Shown here in pieces: positions 1-13,338 of a stretch of DNA of 58,184 nucleotides (its first letter is position 1; every line of letters starts with the position of its first letter). The translations under genes were made by a program, and so were the position numbers. The notes beneath the pieces are model-generated. The model made no database searches, was not told where the DNA came from, and was given only the letters and a program-made list of their open reading frames with translations. The DNA comes from Octopus sinensis (taxonomy: Eukaryota): assembly GCF_006345805.1 (NCBI RefSeq), contig NW_021834820.1, positions 1 through 58,184 of the forward strand, written 5' to 3'.

Positions 1-62
1 CGCGCGAGCACTCACACACATATACATCTGGTCTTTATTCCTACAGTTATGTTTACGTTATA

Positions 63-107
<45 letters not shown>

Positions 108-355
108 GTGTGTGGTGTGTGTGTGTGTGTGTGTGTGTACAAATTTTTAAAGTACGTCTTTAAACGTATACATACGTCTGGTGTGATTATGTATATGTGT
201 GTATATTTATGTATATGTAATATATTATATAATATATATATATATATCTATATATATATATATATATATATATACTATATATATTTGCATATATGCATGT
301 ATGCATGTGTATTCATGCATGCATGTAATTATGTTATATATATATATATATGTGT

Positions 356-403
<48 letters not shown>

Positions 404-600
404 ATGCATATATGCATCTGTATGTATGTATGTGCATTATGTGAGTGTGTGAATATGCGCCTGTGCATGTGTACCCGTGTGTTGCGTTTACGCAAGCGTG
501 TTTTGTCATTTAATATTCAAAATATCTGAACAAGTCATTAATTATATGTAACGACACAAACACCGCGCGCAAACAGACACACACACACACACACCACACA

Positions 601-633
<33 letters not shown>

Positions 634-1156
634 CACACACACACACACACAGAACTAATAACGTATAAACCCACACGCAAACCACACAATCTCAGTAAGA
701 CTACGGCACAATATGGCTGCGAAGCGATAACGAACGCCATATTGCATTTTATTTTTTCTACCTTCTTTACAACAGCTCAGCTCTTTTGTGTCTGAAGGCA
801 ATTATGTCGTCTTAAGTTTCAAGCGCCTTATTTTGCCATTGGCTTATGCGAGCTTCGTCTTGTGTCTTTCACATCTGTCTTTGTCTTCTTCTGCTTTCTT
901 TTTCTTTTTCTTTTTCTTTCTTTTTTGATCATTATTTGCCTTCATCCATCTTGTTTTGAAGTCTTGTGTCTTTGCCTTCTTTTCCATTGTTTTCTCTTTC
1001 TTTTGTCTTCTTAGTTTTCAAGCTCTCCTCCTGTCTTCCTCCTTTGCAATACATACATATATGTGTGCCGGCACAAATGCATGTGTGGGTATGTGTATGC
1101 ATTTATATATATATATATATTATACACACATACATATATACACATACACACACACA

Positions 1157-1251
<95 letters not shown>

Positions 1252-1295
1252 GTACACGCGCTCACGCACACACACACGTGTTTGTGTGTGTGTGT

Positions 1296-1456
1296 GGCGC
1301 GTGGCTGTGTGGTAAGAAGTTTGCTTCTCAACCACATCGTTCCGGTTTCAATCCCGTTGCGTGGCACCTTGCACAAGTATCCTTTACTATAGCGTCGGCT
1401 CGACCAAAGCTTTCTGAGTGGATGTGGTAAACGGAAACTGAAAGAAGCTCTTCGTA
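1296..1456 (+). mobile_element. SINE type A, 5' half
   Basis: A-box-like TGGCTGTGTGGTAAG, B-box-like GGTTTCAATCCC, CORE-like GTGGCACCTTG..CAAGT. Confidence 0.8.
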
Positions 1457-1459
1457 ATA

Positions 1460-1914
<455 letters not shown>

Positions 1915-1944
1915 ATTTATACCTACTTTTTAATGTCTTATAAA

Positions 1945-2062
1945 CGCAAAACGCTTTCAATACAGCAACCATCAGAGCATCACAACAAATCACAGCACAT
2001 ACCCAAGGCACACAGAGCTGCGCTCGGTAGTGACGTGAAAGCACGCTATAAAAATAAAACTA

Positions 2063-2065
<3 letters not shown>
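1945..2065 (+). mobile_element. Dong/R4-type LINE 3' end followed by (AAT)n
   Basis: Reverse-complement match to 13336-13460. Confidence 0.75.
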
Positions 2066-2102
<37 letters not shown>

Positions 2103-2181
2103 TAATAATAATAAAATTGTTTTATACAGTGCTCATACATTGTTAGTACTACTAAAGTACATAGAAAGAGAAGGCAGGGGA

Positions 2182-2222
<41 letters not shown>

Positions 2223-2336
2223 TAAAGGGAGGAAACAATTGTTACTCCTAATCTATTTACCATATGGCAAACTGACGAACAGTGTAACTCTTACATAGGT
2301 ACACTGTTAGCTGTTGGCAGTACTGGTTTGAATTGA

Positions 2337-2390
<54 letters not shown>

Positions 2391-2582
2391 ACAAAACAGG
2401 AAAGTGGAAATTTTTTGGTTTTATCTACTCTCCATTCCACGTGTTTCATTTGCTAACAGGAATTACAAAGATTTACATTAAGATTGTATATATATATATA
2501 TATATTATATATATCGCCTAATAATACTTTAATTGTTCCACCTCTTTGCGTTGTTGTCTTTTTTGTTTTCTTTTTTGGATTA

Positions 2583-2624
<42 letters not shown>

Positions 2625-2664
2625 TATATATATATCAAAAAAGCAACAAGGATATCCAGAGGTA

Positions 2665-2765
2665 ATGCAGTACGATCATTTCATGCAACTCCATTTAATT
2701 GAATATTACATCAATTTTGCAAATAATACATCAATTTAAAAATGTAGAGCAATCTTCAGCTGCAT
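2665..2765 (-). ncRNA. Type I hammerhead ribozyme motif (Penelope-like minimal form)
   Basis: Minus strand reads ATGCAG-CTGAAGA-TTGC...GCAT-GAAA-TGATCG-TA-CTGCAT: 6-bp stem I, CUGANGA and GAAA core, near-palindromic stem III, GUA cleavage triplet. Confidence 0.7.
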
Positions 2766-2862
2766 AAAAATATAGAATTTTGTTAAATTCGAAGGATTCA
2801 TTTGTATAACTTTTTTCGAATTTGTATAATTTTTTTCGAATTTAACTAAATTCTATATTTTT

Positions 2863-2952
2863 ATGCAGCTGAAGATTGCTCTACATTTTAAAATTGATGT
2901 AATATTTGCATTGTTCAATTAAATGGAGTCGCATGAAACGATCGTAGTGCAT
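2863..2952 (+). ncRNA. Type I hammerhead ribozyme motif (inverted partner copy)
   Basis: ATGCAG-CTGAAGA-TTGC...GCAT-GAAA-CGATCG-TA-GTGCAT; stem III is the palindrome ACGATCGT; G.G mismatch at the base of stem I. Confidence 0.65.
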
Positions 2953-3449
2953 TACCTCTGGACATCCTTGCTGCTTATTTTGATTATAATCATCCCATTT
3001 AGAATTATATGGGTAATACCATACTAAATTCTGGTGCCTTCAACTTAAGTACCATATTCATCCGAATCTAAATTTTACTGAACTTATATATATATATATA
3101 TTTATCATATCATACCATATCACATCATATGAAGTCAGAAAACACAAGCATTCATCTATTTGTTTAAGCATGGGTACATTAATATTTATGTAATACAGTT
3201 TTATAAAATAAGTTCAGCCAATTTTGCCAATCACTTTTGCACATGTGTAAGGTGATGACCCAAAACGGCGCTCGTCAGAGAGGCTGGTATGAAATGTATG
3301 CCAATAATTTGCAGATTTTCATACCAGGACTTCAGATCAGCACTGTCTTACGTTGTCATTTATGTGCAATATATATTACGTATGTGAGTGTGTGTGCGCG
3401 TAGTGTGCGTAATATATATATATATAATTTCAAGATGGAGACCAGAAAA

Positions 3450-3519
<70 letters not shown>

Positions 3520-3864
3520 CGATGAAGTAATTGGAGATATGTCGGTTTTGTTTACGTTCACTGTCTACGGCGGAGTCATTATATATATTTGTGCATGAGA
3601 CAGTGAGACAGATAGAGGAAAGCGAGAGTAAGACCGAGATTATATAGAAATGTGTGGATGTACGTGTGTGAGTGAGTATGTGCTTGTGTGGGTGTGTGTG
3701 TATGTGTGTGTGTGTGGTGTGAGAGAGAGAGAGAGAGAGAGAGAAGGAGACATATATACGAGTGTAGAAGCGTGTATCTGTGCGACATATATTTATAGAG
3801 AGAAATAGAGTGAAAAGGAGGAGAAAGAAATTTTGTATGTGTTTACACGTGCACAAATCTACAC

Positions 3865-3899
<35 letters not shown>

Positions 3900-3906
3900 T
3901 ATATAG

Positions 3907-3959
<53 letters not shown>

Positions 3960-4535
3960 ACTCAATTCCACGTATGTATACATATGTGTGTGTTTGTGTG
4001 TATACTAACATATATACTCATATATACATGCATAACCAAACATACATATATATATATATACACACACACATACATATATATATATAAATATATTTGATAA
4101 ACATCTTGCACTGCGGGACATTCCCTTCATCATCTGCTGAAAGAAAATCACTGTGATTTTGGCACATTTTGGCTCAATCTGATACATATATCTGTGTGTG
4201 TGTGTGTGTGTGTATACACGTGCATGTAAATTTATGATATACATGTATATATATTATATACATTATATATACATATATGTACGCATACATATTTGCATAC
4301 ATATACATGCGTATACAAAAGAGTTCGTATGTACATGTATTTGGCGGCGGTATGCACCAGATACAGTTGTCACCCGTTCTCTTTACCATTATTGGTCTTC
4401 AGCAGAAGCTTTTGGAAGTTTGTGTGACGCTTCTTAAATAGTCTTTTTCTTTTCTTTTTTCTTTTTTTTTTCTATAACCGTTCGTTACAAAAAAAAACCT
4501 TGATTCTGAACCTTAGCCATTACCTATATACAAGC

Positions 4536-4686
4536 GGGAGTTTACGAAAAAAGACAAAAGACGAAGACAGGTGGTGTACAAAACAAACAGGTGTATTAGT
4601 ATAACGCTCAGGAATAGAAAAAGTCTTTTACGTTTCGAGCCTACGCTCTTCTTCAGAAAGGGACACAGAAAAAACAAGGAGAGAAA
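4536..4686 (-). mobile_element. Penelope-like pLTR fragment containing the hammerhead motif
   Basis: Same family as 30660-30830; flanked by near-duplicates of ccattacctatatacaagc (4517-4535 and 4689-4710). Confidence 0.55.
4625..4660 (-). ncRNA. Minimal hammerhead ribozyme motif
   Basis: Minus strand reads CTTT-CTGAAGA-A-GAGC(GTAG)GCTC-GAAA-CG-TA-AAAG; stem III reduced to the ACGT palindrome. Confidence 0.7.
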
Positions 4687-4736
4687 CCCCATTATACCTA
4701 TTATACAAGCCCTTAACCATTACTTAACCATTACTG

Positions 4737-5075
4737 TGTGAAGGCGCATGGCTCAGTGGTTAGAGCGTCGAGCTTACGATCGTGAGGTTGTGAGCTCGAA
4801 TCCCGGACCGGGCTGCGTGTTGTGTTCTTGAGCAAGGCACTTTATTTCACGTTGCTCCAGTTCACTCAGCTGTAGAAATGAGTTGCGACGTCACAGGTGC
4901 CAAGCTGTATCGACCTTTGTCTTTCCCTTAGATAACACTGGTGGCGTGGAGAGGGGGGGCTGGTATGCATGGGCGACTGCTGGTCTTCCATAAACAACCT
5001 CGCCCGGACTTGTGTCTAGGAGGGTAACTTTCTAGGTGCAATCCCATGGTCTGTGTCGTGACCGAAGGGGTCTCC
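4737..5075 (+). mobile_element. SINE type D (tRNA-derived)
   Basis: GGCGCATGGCTCAGTGGTTAGAGC head; 10-bp TSD aaccattact (4726-4735 and 5077-5086). Confidence 0.85.
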
Positions 5076-5531
5076 GAACCATTACTTATTATACAAGCCC
5101 TTGAGAGATCCTTTATGTCACTGTTTCACATGCTAGAAATAGCTGCAAGACCTCTCTCAAACTGTATTCTGTTGTATGTTTTTGCTACTGCAAATAATGG
5201 AAGACAATAACGGCAAATATAAACCATTTCTGACAACCGTAGCTATTCACTGATTGTCTTTCATCATAGGATTATCTGGTTAACAGAGTGTGACCTAGAG
5301 CTAAAACACCGCTTTAACGTTGTAAATCCAACTGCAATTAAATACGATTCCTATGCGGTATCCCGACCTACTAGAAATAACAACCAAAGCTTCCTCAACA
5401 AATGTGCCTAATCTTCATAAGAGCAAAACACATATTGCATAATGTAGTCCCTTATACAGGGATTTGTTTAGAAACATGTCCCCGTTATGAGGCGGAATGG
5501 CCAAGGTTTCCAATCCGTCACAGTAATAAAA

Positions 5532-5920
5532 TAGGCGCAGGCGTGTCTGTGTGGTAAGAGCTTGCTTCCCAACCACATGGTTCCGGGTTGAGTCCCACTG
5601 CGTGGCACCTTGGGCATGTGTCTTCTACCCTTGCTTCGGGCCGACCAAAGCTTTGTGAATAGACTAGGTAGACGGAAACTGAAAGAAACTCGTAGTATGT
5701 GTATGTGTGTATATGTGTGCGTGTGTGTTTATCTTTGTTCCCCACCAACGCTTGACAACCGTTCTTGGTTTGTTTACGTCTCCGTAACTTAGCGGTTCGA
5801 TAAAAGATAATGTTAAAATAAGTACCAGACTTAAGAAAAATATATACCGGAGAGTCGGTTCATTCGACTAAAAATTCTTTAAGTCCGCAGTCTAATGACT
5901 GAAACTAGTAAAAGATAAAA
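5532..5920 (+). mobile_element. SINE type A
   Basis: Same head, internal TG tract and tail as 15306-15736. Confidence 0.85.
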
Positions 5921-6483
5921 AAATAACTATTGCCTGTATGTATATATGTAATGTGGTAATGTATGTATGTATGTATGTATGTATGTCAAAGGGCGGAAGA
6001 GCCCATGAGCAGTCAAAGGCCATCCAACAATATGTGTACATATGTATGTATGCATGGATGTTTGCGCAGGGACGTGGAAGTACCTGAGCTGGTGTCCAGG
6101 CGCACAATTGGCCCACTGGGAATGGGGGGCCCCTCTGTTGTTGTTACAACATCTCACTAAGAGAGGGAAAACTCTGGCAGAAAACCTGTGGCACTGACAA
6201 TATTCGATGATGTAAACTAGTTCTTCTTTTCGAGTTTATGTTGTCCATGTACAGTGGGTGGGATTGGATTTGTGTAAATCCTTTCCCCAGAATAAAAAAA
6301 TTCTCATGCACAGGCATCGCTTGAAAAAAATGGAAGACCTATCACAAAAATGGCCGGTCGCAGCCTTCGCATGTGTCGGACTTTCGATCAGGCGATGGCA
6401 ATATTCGAGCACGAGTTTGCAGCCATCATGTATGCATGCATGTATGTACCCAAGCATGAATATATATATATGCATGAATATAA

Positions 6484-6552
<69 letters not shown>

Positions 6553-6653
6553 CACACACACACACACATCACATATATATATATATAAGAATTTTTGCGT
6601 AATAAGATAAAAAACCAAAGCTGTGTAGATATTAGAGCATTTATAGATAGAAG

Positions 6654-6705
6654 GTCTTACAGCTGTTTCTAGGATATTTATTAACTATATCCCTTCATCG
6701 GAGAT
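6654..6705 (-). ncRNA. Hammerhead motif (CCGAUGA core variant)
   Basis: Minus strand reads TCT-CCGATGA-AGGGATA...TATCCTA-GAAA-CAGCTG-TA-AGA; palindromic stem III ACAGCTGT. Confidence 0.6.
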
Positions 6706-6737
6706 GGTGTGAGAGGACTTAACTATCCTTTCACACC

Positions 6738-6789
6738 GTCTCCGATGAAGGGATAATATTAATAAATATCCTAGAAACAGCCGTAAGAC
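6738..6789 (+). ncRNA. Hammerhead motif (inverted partner copy)
   Basis: GTCT-CCGATGA-AGGGATA...TATCCTA-GAAA-CAGCCG-TA-AGAC; 4-bp stem I. Confidence 0.6.
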
Positions 6790-6992
6790 CTTCTATCTAT
6801 AAATGCTCTAATATCTATACAGCCTTGGTTTTTTTATATTATTACGCAAAATATTCTTATAGACACACGCTGACATAGAACCAACGTTGACCCTTTTTCG
6901 CAATATTACCGAATCCGGAACTTAACTATGGTCTGTCTATAGCACTTATTCAGCATTACCTGACACCTTTGGGTTCAATGACACCATTATCT

Positions 6993-7039
<47 letters not shown>

Positions 7040-7868
7040 CACATATGTATATATCCATGCATGCTTCGCCTTTGTACCTCTGCCACTCGACAACCGGTGT
7101 TGGTTTGCTTACATCTCTGTAAATTAGCAGTTCGATAAAAAGAAACCGATAGAATATATATTAAACTTTGAAAGAAAATAAATACTAGGGGTCCGTTTGT
7201 TTCGCCAGACTTTCCAAGATGACGCCACAGCATGGCCGCAGTTCAATAACTGAAACGAGCACAAGAATATTTATTCTAATACGCCACCCTAAGTAACCGT
7301 ATTTACACTTTCGATGAATGACTGAATAAACATCATGCAGATTTCATGTTGTTGCTTCAGTTGTTGTTGTGGTTGTTGTCACTTAACCCCCAGGGCGGCA
7401 CCGACCAAGCAAGCATATGATCATAATCATTCAAGCTTCCAACGCCCTACTTTTAAGAGGGTCTGGTATGTTTTGTAAAAATTTTGTTGCTATATCTAGC
7501 AAAGCATTTGATTGCGTAGGAACCCTCCCCCTTGGGTTGTATAGCGACCGTTGTTGTCACAGATGGTCTCCAAGTATTTCACACTCCGCTGGAGTTTAGG
7601 GCGCCATATGCTTAAACGATTTATTTTGTGTCACATTCTGCATTACATATATATATATATATATATAATATATATAATATATATATATATATAAAAGAGA
7701 GAAATAGAGAAAGAGAGAGAGAGAGAGAGATCATCAAAAAACCATCCACAAACATCTCTTGAGCGCCATGTTGTCGGCATTCCGTCTCCCTTTTTTCTGT
7801 TTCGCTTTCTCCTTCTCTCTCCCGCTGCCCTCTCTCTCCGTCTCTTTTCCCTCTCTCTATATATATAT

Positions 7869-7900
<32 letters not shown>

Positions 7901-7926
7901 AGTGAGAGTAATGTATATATAGAGAT

Positions 7927-7981
<55 letters not shown>

Positions 7982-8188
7982 CCTTTCCCATCTGTTCTGT
8001 TTCTTTCTCTCTACCTCTACTTTTTCTGCACCTCTTCTTCTACTCTGTTGGATTCCAAGAATTTCAGGACATAATCCACAAGATAACTCATTTTAGGTTG
8101 TGTTCTCCGCGTCTGGTGAATGACATTTCTCAGTGATTATATAAGGAATTTGGCGTACTGATTGTACGGCTGTGCGGCGTGAACACCG

Positions 8189-8303
<115 letters not shown>

Positions 8304-8526
8304 TGTGTGTGTGTATGTATATGTGTATGTATGTATGTGTATGGTATTGCATATGTGCGTGCATGAATCGTGGCTGTTTACGTCATCTCTCTCTCATCTG
8401 AACATTTATAATTATTGCAATATGAATCTATTATATATATAGTCACACATGCATACATACGAGCAGTACTCCATGCTTGTGTGAAGCGTGACCGTGTGAG
8501 ATGTAGTATGAACGTATGTATGCGTG

Positions 8527-8572
<46 letters not shown>

Positions 8573-9851
8573 TATACACATACATACACATATATATAGC
8601 ATACGTACTGTGTGTATGTGTGCGCATGTGTACGTGCGACATGTCAAATATACACACAGTATGCAAGAAGATAGATAACTCGAATGCATTGCGTACATAT
8701 ATATTACATAATGTGTATATGTATACGCATATATAAATATATACATATATATATATATGTAATATAATATATTATATATATATATATATTATATATATTA
8801 TATTATATTATATATATTATATTATATTATATTATATATTATATATTAATATTGTAAGCGTAATATTTATGTAATACACCCTACACCATACGCACGAAAG
8901 TAATGTAAGAAAGAGCATCGTTTTTTTTTTTATTGATATCGGTCGTTCAAGTTGCACGGGTTGGTAGAGTAACTGTTCTTCGTTAGTAACTCTTATTCTT
9001 GCAAACAAATGTTGTGTTCCAAACAGAAGCAAGGTGCTCTCATTGAGTTCCTGACGAAGGCGGAATGCAGGTTTTGTTACGATTTTAATCCTTGTTAATT
9101 TGTTTTAATTTCCTCTGACAATTATACACAACTTTGACTATGATATACTTATCACATTCACACGTGTCCTGTGAATGTTTCCTTGGTATGTTATTGCTTT
9201 TTGCAATTTAGTTGACTATTAACGCGAACGTCAAGCAGATTTGTATTGAAGAGGTAAGAAAAACCGAAACGTGTGTATATTTGTGGTAAAGAATTAATTT
9301 TTAAAATTAGCAATTAGTTATCTTTAGGAAAAAAAATGTGTTTGTAGAAAAGGTGACAATATGTTGCTCTCTCTCTCTTCATTCACTCTCTCTCTCCCCA
9401 ATTTTCTCTCCTCCCCTTCTCTCTCTCTCTCTTGTCCGTTCCGTTCTGCTCTCCTTCAGTAAGTTTCGTCAATTTGTGGTGTATAAGTCCAATATGAACT
9501 GCGTTATTTTGAATAGTGCTGCTTATGGTATGTATGTATTGTTACATATATGTTCTGTTGTAGGCGGCGAACTGGCAGAAAAGTAAGAGCGTCGTGAAAA
9601 AAAATGCTTCATTACATTTCTTCTGGCTCTTTGTATTCCGGCAGAGAATATAAAGAGTCGGAAAAAATCTTACTAAGGCTAGCTTTGCTTTTTCCTCCTC
9701 CACCAGAGTCCATAAAAAATACAGTTTCGTACTGGGGTTCGATCTAATCGATTCCCTGCCTCACCTCATAATTGCTATAACCTTATGTCTGACTTAGAGA
9801 TCATTGTAGGACGATGATTAAGTAATTTACATGCAGTATATGTTTTTGCAG

Positions 9852-10345
9852 TGGAGGCGCGTGGCTTAGTGGTTAGGGTGTCAGCATCAGGATCGTAAGA
9901 TTGTGGTTTCGATTCCTTGACCGGGCGATGCTTTGTGTTCTTGAGCAAAACACTTCATTTCACGTTGCTCCAATCCAATCAGCTGGCAAAAATGAGTAAC
10001 GCTGCGATGGACTGGCGTCCCGTCCAGCTGGGGAACACATAAGCCATTGAAACCGGAAAACCGGGCCCATGAGCCTGGCTAGGCTTTAAAAGGGCGCAAA
10101 TGGAGGCGCGTGGCTTTGTGGTTAGGGTGTCAGCATCATGATCGTAAGATTGTGATTTCGATTCCTGAACCGGGTGTCGCGTTGTGTTCTTGAGCAAAAC
10201 ACTTCATTTCACGTTGCTCCAGTCCACTCAGCTGGCAAAAATGAGTAAGGTTGCAATGGACTGGAATCCCGTCCCGCCATTGAAACCGGGAAACCGGGCC
10301 CATGAGACTGGCTAGGCTTTAAAAGGGCGCATTTATTATTTTTTA
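9852..10345 (+). mobile_element. Tandem dimer of SINE type C
   Basis: Two units (about 9852-10098 and 10101-10330) inside one 14-bp TSD, atatgtttttgcag (9838-9851 and 10346-10359); contains V-SINE-like ctgcgatggactggcgtcccgtccag. Confidence 0.85.
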
Positions 10346-10829
10346 ATATGTTTTTGCAGATTGTGTTATATTACTGTAGAAAGCAATTTCTGTGAATTAT
10401 TGGTGGTATGTGAGATGAGAAATATATCGGGTATCTATTATATAAGGGGTATTGTAGGGTATTATATGATTGGGTGGTTATCTCTGTAAACCATGTGTTG
10501 ACTGAATTGTCTTAATTTATTACGTAATACCTGTATAAAGCATGTGTTGTGTATCTGCTGTGCAGTAAATATACGACGCAGCTTGTGCTCTTAAATTGAA
10601 TGAGTTTTGCGTAAGATGTGGGTTGTATCTAACAGCGGTGTATAAATCTTATAACAGAACGTATGAATTTCTCACAGAGTATAAATTTATAACAGGGTGT
10701 ATAAATGTATAACCCCTGGAATGATTTATCGTTGATATTATCATTATCATTATCAGTATAAAATAAAAAAGATTCACGTTAATTCTATCAACAGGGGTAG
10801 TTATGTCTCTTCTTGAAATTAAGTTTCTC

Positions 10830-11130
10830 AAGGACTGTGTCGACTGATTCTTCATAGAATAAATAATGCTAAGAGATTTTTTTATCTACTTAGATTCCTA
10901 ATCTTAATCGTTATATAACACTCAGCCACTTGCACAACTGTCTGTTCTCAATGCTCCTAATTACAGCAGGAATAACATTCACTCTCAGCTCCCGTTTCTC
11001 CGTAGCCAAATCCAAATACATTTCAATATCTTCTATTACTTTCACTTTCACTTTCAATGAGCTTTCACGTGGCTAACTAAAATATATAGTATATTAATAA
11101 GTTTGTCTATTATGATCATGTCTCATGCCT
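10830..11130 (-). mobile_element. Highly decayed R4/Dong-like endonuclease fragment
   Basis: YLDLATE...VNVIPAV/GAL remnants. Confidence 0.4.
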
Positions 11131-11144
11131 GTTCCTCTTATATA

Positions 11145-11516
11145 TGCCTAGTAGTTAGGGCAGCGGACTCGCGGTCATAGGATCGCGGTTTCGATTCCCA
11201 GACCGGGCGTTGTGAGTGTTTATTGAGCGAAAACACCTAAAGCTCCACGAAGCTCCGGCAGGGGATGGTGGTGATCCCTGCTGTACTCTTTCACCACAAC
11301 TTTCTCTCACTCTTACTTCCTGTTTCTGTTGTACCTGTATTTCAAAGGGCCGGCCTTGTCACTCTCTGTGTCACGCTGAATATCCCCGAGAACTACGTTA
11401 AGGGTGCACGTGTCTGTGGAGTGCTCGGCCACTTACACGTTAATTTCACGAGCAGGCTGTTCCGTTGATTCGGATCAACCGGAACCCTCGTCGTCGTAAC
11501 CGAGGGAGTGCTTCCA
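11145..11516 (+). mobile_element. SINE type B, tail i
   Basis: Matches 27757-28144 and the reverse complements of 19081-19407 and 41231-41613. Confidence 0.9.
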
Positions 11517-11816
11517 CATATATGGTCAGTTTGCATGGAGGAACGTAAGTAGATCTCAATACTGTTAACTTAGCTCATCCTTATCTTTGTCGACATCTTC
11601 GTCTTTATCATCATCAGAATTATTACCGTCATCATCATCATCATCACCGATAGCAACAGCAACAATACTGACAGTTGGAAGACATCACCATCACTACTAT
11701 CACCACGATCATTATCATCATCGTCATCATCACAATTATCGCCAATAACAAGAGACTAAGAAAAAAAAAAGCTGGCACACAGTTCCATAATAATAATGAT
11801 AATAATAATAATAATA

Positions 11817-12373
11817 AATGCCCTGATGCAGTACCAGGCAGTGGCTCTCATGGCTTCTGATTTTAACTGATTGGAAGTGTTATCATGTACATTGATTTGT
11901 CTTGGTATAAAAGATGGGCTACAGCAAATATTCTGCTCAATACAACAGATTTGCTTGTCAGTTGTTTGACCTTAACCAGTTGGGCATGTCCCTTAGTGGC
12001 TGACGATATGTTCATCTCTGATCACGAGCAGAAGTAGTGGGGGAGCATCATAGCCATGTGTTGAGAGGGATTCTTTGGGGTTTGAATAATTCACCTCTGG
12101 AAACATGGGTGGTTCTTTCAACATCCTTAAACAACCCTTATTCAGGGACCGTTTGAGCGGGATGGGCTACTCAACCTGAAGAAAATTCTAACTGGGCCCC
12201 ACCTGCAAGGTCATACGCTGTTTATCTTGATATGAGATCACCATGTCGCGCACATATGGTTGTGTTGCATGTGCCTGGTGTACCCTTATCAGACGGGTAG
12301 TCATGATGGGTATATTGGGCTTCGTATATTTTACCCCAGTGTCACTTTGATGGCATGAACTGCTCTCTCACTC
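11817..12373 (+). mobile_element. Non-coding element embedded in (AAT)n
   Basis: Second copy at 14602-14953 (-); both copies are flanked on both sides by AAT repeats. Confidence 0.8.
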
Positions 12374-13222
12374 AATAATAATAATAATAATAATAATAAT
12401 CCTTCTACTATAGGCACAAGGCCTGAAATTTTGGGGGGAGGGAGTGATCGATTATATTGACCCAAGTGCTCAACTGGTACTTATTTTATAGATCCCGAAA
12501 GGGATCGGCATAATTATGATATCATCATAATCATCATCACCACCACCAGCAACACCATAATCATAAAGCTCGTTATCATCATCATCATCATCATCATCAC
12601 CGTCATTATTGCTGTCATTGCCATCATCACCATCATTGCTCTCATCATCATCATCATGAACAACATCTCCATCATCATCATCATCATCGTCATTTTTCCG
12701 TCGCTCTCTCCTGCAGTGCTATGGCTAAGTTCTAATCATCAGATGATTGCTTATTTTTTTTTTAGCAAAATCGTCAGTATGTCGGACAAAATGCTTAGTG
12801 GCATTTCATCCGGCTTTACGTTCTGAGTTCAAATCCTGCCGAGGTTAACTTTACTTCTCATACTTGTTAGGATGAAAGGCCCTTCTCTAAGTAAGCGCCT
12901 GCAGTTTGAAGAACAACATTTGTGCGAGGTCTCGAACTGTTGGTATTCAGGGCGACTCTGGGCCTGTGGAGTTCCTTGATTGGCCCTAGTTGGAGTGTCT
13001 CATGTATCAGAAGGACTACATCATTCTCGTTACCACCAACTCTGTATACCATGTATAATTTCATCTCATTTCACCGTCTTTTCCTTTTCTTTCCCCTCGT
13101 CTTTTATGTAAACCCCTCCACACACAGAAACACACGCTGTAGACTGTCTTGTGATGTTCCCCTCATCTATGTCCCTGCGGCTAATAAAAGAAATATAAGA
13201 AATTATTATCATTATTATTATT

Positions 13223-13255
<33 letters not shown>

Positions 13256-13291
13256 ATCATATCATTATTATTATTGTTATCATCATCATCA

Positions 13292-13335
<44 letters not shown>

Positions 13336-13338
<3 letters not shown>

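Larger units (their letters stand above)
2636..3085. mobile_element. Fold-back non-autonomous Penelope-like element (inverted pLTR pair)
   Basis: Inverted arms at about 2636-2793 and 2835-2982, each with a hammerhead motif, plus a ~100-bp one-sided extension; flanked by (TA)n. Confidence 0.65.
6584..6993. mobile_element. Second fold-back Penelope-like element (different family)
   Basis: Inverted arms 6584-6717 and 6726-6861, 8-nt spacer, ~130-bp extension, (TA)n flanks. Confidence 0.65.

Noticed and set aside
3237-3350. LQIFIPGL resembling the missing stum LNxFxPGLG motif
   Set aside because: No AIPxMP/C context and no phase-1 donor after it.
4737-4812. tRNA-like sequences at SINE heads
   Set aside because: They run on into SINE bodies with TSDs and lack a proper acceptor stem, so they are not tRNA genes.
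7735-7775. Minus-strand AACATGGCG starting MALKR (UBE2D-like start, YY1-like motif)
   Set aside because: Continues CLWMVF* with no donor; too short to support.
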